NCBI GenBank assembly: GCA_016234345.1
Contig: JACRFG010000078.1
Span: 1 to 36,413, forward strand
Reading direction: 5' to 3'
DNA: 36,413 nt
Source of the DNA: Candidatus Jorgensenbacteria bacterium
Lineage (GTDB): Bacteria > Patescibacteriota > Minisyncoccia > UBA6257 > GWB1-50-10
The notes beneath the pieces are model-generated. The model was given only the letters and a program-made list of their open reading frames with translations, was not told where the DNA came from and ran no database searches. Positions 34,733-36,413 of the stretch are shown here, in pieces; the first letter of the stretch is position 1; each line of letters begins with the position of its first letter. A program made the position numbers and the translations under genes.

Positions 34733-36413
34733 ATGAGTTTAGAAACTAGAGTTTGTCAAAATTGTAAGCAAAACTTCGTCATTGAACCCGAAGATTTTTT
34801 ATTCTATGAAAAAATGCAGGTTCCGCCGCCTACGTTTTGTCCGACTTGCAGATTTCAGCGGCGAACCATGTTTCGGAATGAGCGAGTGCTTTACAAGCGC
34901 GCGTGCGATTTATGCGGTAAGGATACGATTGCTGTTTTTGCGCCGGATAATAAACGGACGGTATTTTGTTCTTCTTGTTGGTGGTCGGATAAATGGGATC
35001 CTCTTTCGTATGGCGTCGCTTATGACGATAGCCGTTCTTTTTTTGAACAATTAGATGATCTTGCGAAACGCGTTCCATATCCGAGTTTAATTATCGATCA
35101 GCCGACTTTAGTAAACAGTGATTATGTGAATCACGCAGGACACCTTAAAAACTGTTACCTTGTATTCGATACGGATTATGCAGAAAACGTATTATACGCT
35201 ACGATCGCGAACGGAACGAAAGATTCAATGGATTTAAAACTCGTCGATGAATCAGAGCTTTGTTATTGGGACATTAATTGTCTGAAATGTTCTCGCGTAT
35301 TTTTCTCCGAAGATTGTTCCGATTGCCACAATGTCTATTTTTCTAAGAATTTAAGCGGGTGCAGTAACTGTATCGGTTGCGTTAATCTTCGCAACAAAAA
35401 TTATCATATTTTTAATCAGCTTGTTTCAAAGGAGGATTACGAAAAGGAGATACAAAAACTCAATCTCGGTTCTTTTAAATCTCTTTTGGCGTTTGATCGA
35501 CGAGTTCGGGATTTCTGGAAAAAATCACCGCATAAATTTATACACGGTCGGCATAATTCAAATATAACCGGTGATTACATTTACAATTCGAAAAACCTTA
35601 AGGATGGATATATATGTCGTGGTGTGGAAGATGGGAGATTTTGTCAGCGTTTAAGCGTACCGTCCGCAAAAGATGTATATGACTACACCGAATGGGGATA
35701 TAACGCCCAACGGATCTACGAATGCGTCACGGTGGGGGAGTACGTTGATCGGGTTAAATTTTCTTCTTTCTGTTTTAAGAATTCTAGAGATGTTGAGTAT
35801 TCTATGGGGATTGTTTCTTCGTCGAACTTGTTCGGTTGTGTTGGGTTGCGCGGTCAAGAGTTCTGTATTTTGAATCGGCGATACAAGCCCGATGAATACA
35901 AGCGTTTTCGCGACGCTATCATGCGGGATATGACTGAACGGCCGTACGTCGATGCTCGAGGGCGTGTGTTTGGTTATGGGGAATTTTTCCCTTACGATTT
36001 GAGTCCCTTTGATTATAACGAGTCTACAGCCGTTCAATATTTCCCCTTGAAACAGGAGGCAGTGGTTACGAATGGATGGCGTTGGAGAGAACCGACATTA
36101 AACACTTATGAGGTGACCATGTCTTCGGAGAATATTCCCGATAGTATTCATGACGTAGCCGAGAACATTTTAAATGAGGTATTTGGTTGTTCGCGGTGTA
36201 GCCGCGCTTTCCGTGTAATTAAGTCTGAACTTGAACTTCTTAGACGTTTTAGTTTCCCACTTCCTAGGATGTGCTCTGAGTGTCGGCACGCAGAACGTAT
36301 GAAACGTCTTAATCCGCCTAGTTTGTGGAAGCGTCAGTGTGCAAAATGTGCCAGCGGAATTCTTACATCGTATGCGCCAAATCGGGAAGAGATAGTATAT
36401 TGTCAGCGTTGCT
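34733..36413 (+). CDS. Cys-rich zinc-ribbon/repeat protein, array paralog 9 (3' end cut by window, at least 560 aa)
   Basis: It is not in the supplied ORF track because it has no stop inside the window. I translated frame 2 from the ATG at 34733 to 36413 and found no stop codon. The product reads MSLETRVCQNCKQNFVIEPEDFLFYEKMQVPPPTFCPTCRFQRRTMFRNERVLYKRACDLCGKD...CSNCIGCVNLRNKNYHIFNQ...LFGCVGLRGQEFCILNRRYKPDEY...FPLPRMCSECRHAERMKRLNPPSLWKRQCAKCASGILTSYAPNREEIVYCQRC. By analogy, only about 6 codons are missing. Confidence 0.85.
   Translation, partial: MSLETRVCQNCKQNFVIEPEDFLFYEKMQVPPPTFCPTCRFQRRTMFRNERVLYKRACDLCGKDTIAVFAPDNKRTVFCSSCWWSDKWDPLSYGVAYDDSRSFFEQLDDLAKRVPYPSLIIDQPTLVNSDYVNHAGHLKNCYLVFDTDYAENVLYATIANGTKDSMDLKLVDESELCYWDINCLKCSRVFFSEDCSDCHNVYFSKNLSGCSNCIGCVNLRNKNYHIFNQLVSKEDYEKEIQKLNLGSFKSLLAFDRRVRDFWKKSPHKFIHGRHNSNITGDYIYNSKNLKDGYICRGVEDGRFCQRLSVPSAKDVYDYTEWGYNAQRIYECVTVGEYVDRVKFSSFCFKNSRDVEYSMGIVSSSNLFGCVGLRGQEFCILNRRYKPDEYKRFRDAIMRDMTERPYVDARGRVFGYGEFFPYDLSPFDYNESTAVQYFPLKQEAVVTNGWRWREPTLNTYEVTMSSENIPDSIHDVAENILNEVFGCSRCSRAFRVIKSELELLRRFSFPLPRMCSECRHAERMKRLNPPSLWKRQCAKCASGILTSYAPNREEIVYCQRC

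Noticed and set aside
19399-36413. Whether the regular recurrence of similar sequence every 1.7-1.8 kb could be a CRISPR array or a satellite-type repeat.
   Set aside because: The period is gene-length. Each unit is a full intact ORF that diverges at synonymous and non-synonymous sites. There are no short direct repeats with unique spacers and no cas genes.

Overview
This is a compact, AT-rich bacterial window. From 12.4 kb onward every supported gene is on the + strand. The gene content looks like a reduced-genome lineage such as CPR/Patescibacteria: trimmed UvrA and UvrC, tdk, SecDF, a P2-type cation ATPase, a sigma-region-4/HARE-HTH protein, and many orphan membrane proteins. That taxonomic call is inference only.

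Nt 1-15.8 kb is mostly housekeeping.

Nt 15.9-19.3 kb holds a three-gene module: a membrane protein, a small membrane-anchored protein, and a soluble VirD4/TraD-like P-loop ATPase.

Nt 19.4 kb to the window end (about 17 kb) is the standout. It is one co-directional, tightly packed array of nine paralogous genes, each encoding a 557-596 aa cysteine-rich protein. Several junctions are ATGA stop/start overlaps. Each protein has zinc-ribbon modules at both ends, two internal repeat blocks, and a nearly invariant C-terminal tail ...YCEQCYNAEV[VI]. Three small genes are embedded in the array: a 203 aa orphan, cutA, and a 97 aa orphan. The ninth paralog (34733 to beyond 36413) is absent from the supplied ORF track because it runs off the window; I translated it by hand.

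Other notable signals:
- Perfect TATAAT boxes sit 5-8 nt upstream of five start codons, suggesting leaderless transcripts.
- An arm-swapped GC-rich hairpin repeat brackets a two-gene cassette.
- The UvrA lacks the insertion domain.
- The UvrC is only 401 aa and lacks the HhH tail.

I could not support any rRNA, tRNA, CRISPR array, integrase or transposase.
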